A stretch of DNA of 46,500 nt from an uncultured Bacteroidales bacterium. Lineage in GTDB: Bacteria > Bacteroidota > Bacteroidia > Bacteroidales > UBA10428. Location: assembly GCA_964580815.1 (NCBI GenBank), contig CAZOLY010000002.1, positions 1 to 46,500 of the forward strand. Reading direction: 5' to 3'. The notes below the pieces were generated by a model. That model was not told the DNA's origin and made no database searches. It saw nothing but the letters and a program-made list of their open reading frames with translations. Positions 45,919 through 46,500 of the stretch are shown piece after piece. Both the position numbers and the translations under genes were made by a program. The first letter of the stretch is position 1, and each line of letters starts with the position of its first letter.

Positions 45919-46500
45919 ATGTTAGCAATAAAATTGGCTTATCGAAACCTGGTCGGTGCAGGCTTAAGAACCTGGCTCAATGTATTTGTATTGTCCTTTG
46001 TATACATACTTATTATCTGGCATTACGGTATTATCGATGGCTGGAATTATCAAGCCAGAAAGGATATGCAGGCCTGGGAAGTTGGAAATGGAGAGTACTG
46101 GCAACAAAATTACGATCCTTACGATTTCTTTACGCTGGAAGAAAGCCATGCTCAAATTCCTGAAACCTTTAAAAAAGGGATGGCAGAAGGAAATATTACA
46201 CCTGTTTTAATAAATCAGGGATCAGTATATCCTGAAGGCAGGATTCAAAGTTTGCTATTAAAAGGAATAGATCCTGATCAAAAAGTGCTTGCCTTGCCTA
46301 CTGCAGAAATGAATATCTACCTGGAAGAAATACCTGTAATTATTGGTCGAAGAATGGCCAAAAGCTGCAAATTAAAGGAAGGCGATATAACGACAATCAG
46401 ATGGAGAGATGTAAATGGAACCTTTGATGCAACAGAGGTGAAAGTTGCAAAGGTATTTAACTGTAATGTCCCTAATGTTGATGCCGGGCAAATGTGGATT
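45919..46500 (+). CDS. FtsX/MacB-type ABC transporter permease, 3'-partial (runs off the right edge)
   Basis: This ORF is not in the supplied track because it has no stop. ATG 45919 is preceded by AAGGAGG (45905..45911), and frame 1 stays open to nt 46500. MLAIKLAYRNLVGAGLRTWLNVFVLSFVYILII is the typical FtsX-family TM1, and a periplasmic-domain-like sequence follows. Confidence 0.75.
   Translation, partial: MLAIKLAYRNLVGAGLRTWLNVFVLSFVYILIIWHYGIIDGWNYQARKDMQAWEVGNGEYWQQNYDPYDFFTLEESHAQIPETFKKGMAEGNITPVLINQGSVYPEGRIQSLLLKGIDPDQKVLALPTAEMNIYLEEIPVIIGRRMAKSCKLKEGDITTIRWRDVNGTFDATEVKVAKVFNCNVPNVDAGQMWI

Noticed and set aside
45964-46210. Listed ORFs 45964..46155 (minus) and 45980..46210 (plus)
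   Set aside because: Both overlap the open-ended frame-1 FtsX permease gene that starts at 45919, which has a far better start context and family-typical sequence.
1-46500. Search for integrases, transposases, phage modules, toxin-antitoxin pairs, restriction-modification systems or known defence systems
   Set aside because: None of the translated ORFs shows the hallmark motifs: no DDE or tyrosine/serine recombinase, no DNA-methyltransferase DPPY/PCQ motifs, no reverse transcriptase and no Cas signatures. The window looks like core chromosome plus surface-protein genes rather than a mobile or defence island.

Overview
The window is AT-rich, densely coding chromosomal DNA. It most likely comes from a member of the Bacteroidota/FCB group. 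That inference rests on four proteins ending in T9SS-type C-terminal sorting domains, several exact TAnnTTTG promoter-like boxes 17-105 nt upstream of start codons, lipocalin-like and DUF3078-like proteins, and a PorV/PorQ-like barrel. I support about 40 CDS. They include a housekeeping block (purE, hpt, adk, obg, HU, rtcB) and glycan-active enzymes (GH31 with a PA14 insert, GH9, a CBM-like T9SS protein). There is also an SGNH-SGNH-MBOAT O-acylation cluster, three or four SAM-methyltransferase-fold genes, and a membrane-anchored MutS-domain-V ATPase. The remaining genes include a BKACE/GNAT pair, an SSAT-like GNAT plus MFS pair, and a TetR/barrel/ABC/FtsX module that runs off the right edge. 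I found no rRNA, tRNA, CRISPR array, integrase, transposase, phage genes or recognisable defence system. The most unusual locus is a 7.1-kb gene (27829..34935, minus strand) for a 2,368-aa T9SS cargo. It is built from five tandem beta-helix+Ig modules in an A-A-A-B-B pattern, followed by two cadherin repeats, and it contains near-identical intragenic DNA tracts that suggest ongoing recombination. Secondary candidates are listed below.
- A ComEA-like HhH domain fused to a large beta-barrel, in a tight operon with a PorV/Q-like barrel and purE.
- A methyltransferase / MutS-like / methyltransferase cassette.
- A methyltransferase-BKACE-GNAT trio.
- A Tat-exported Fe-S aldo/keto reductase with a T9SS lactonase and the GH31.
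- An N-terminally extended RtcB translationally overlapped with a TetR-efflux module.

None of these can be called a proven novel system from sequence alone. All family assignments come from motif recognition by eye, not from database searches.
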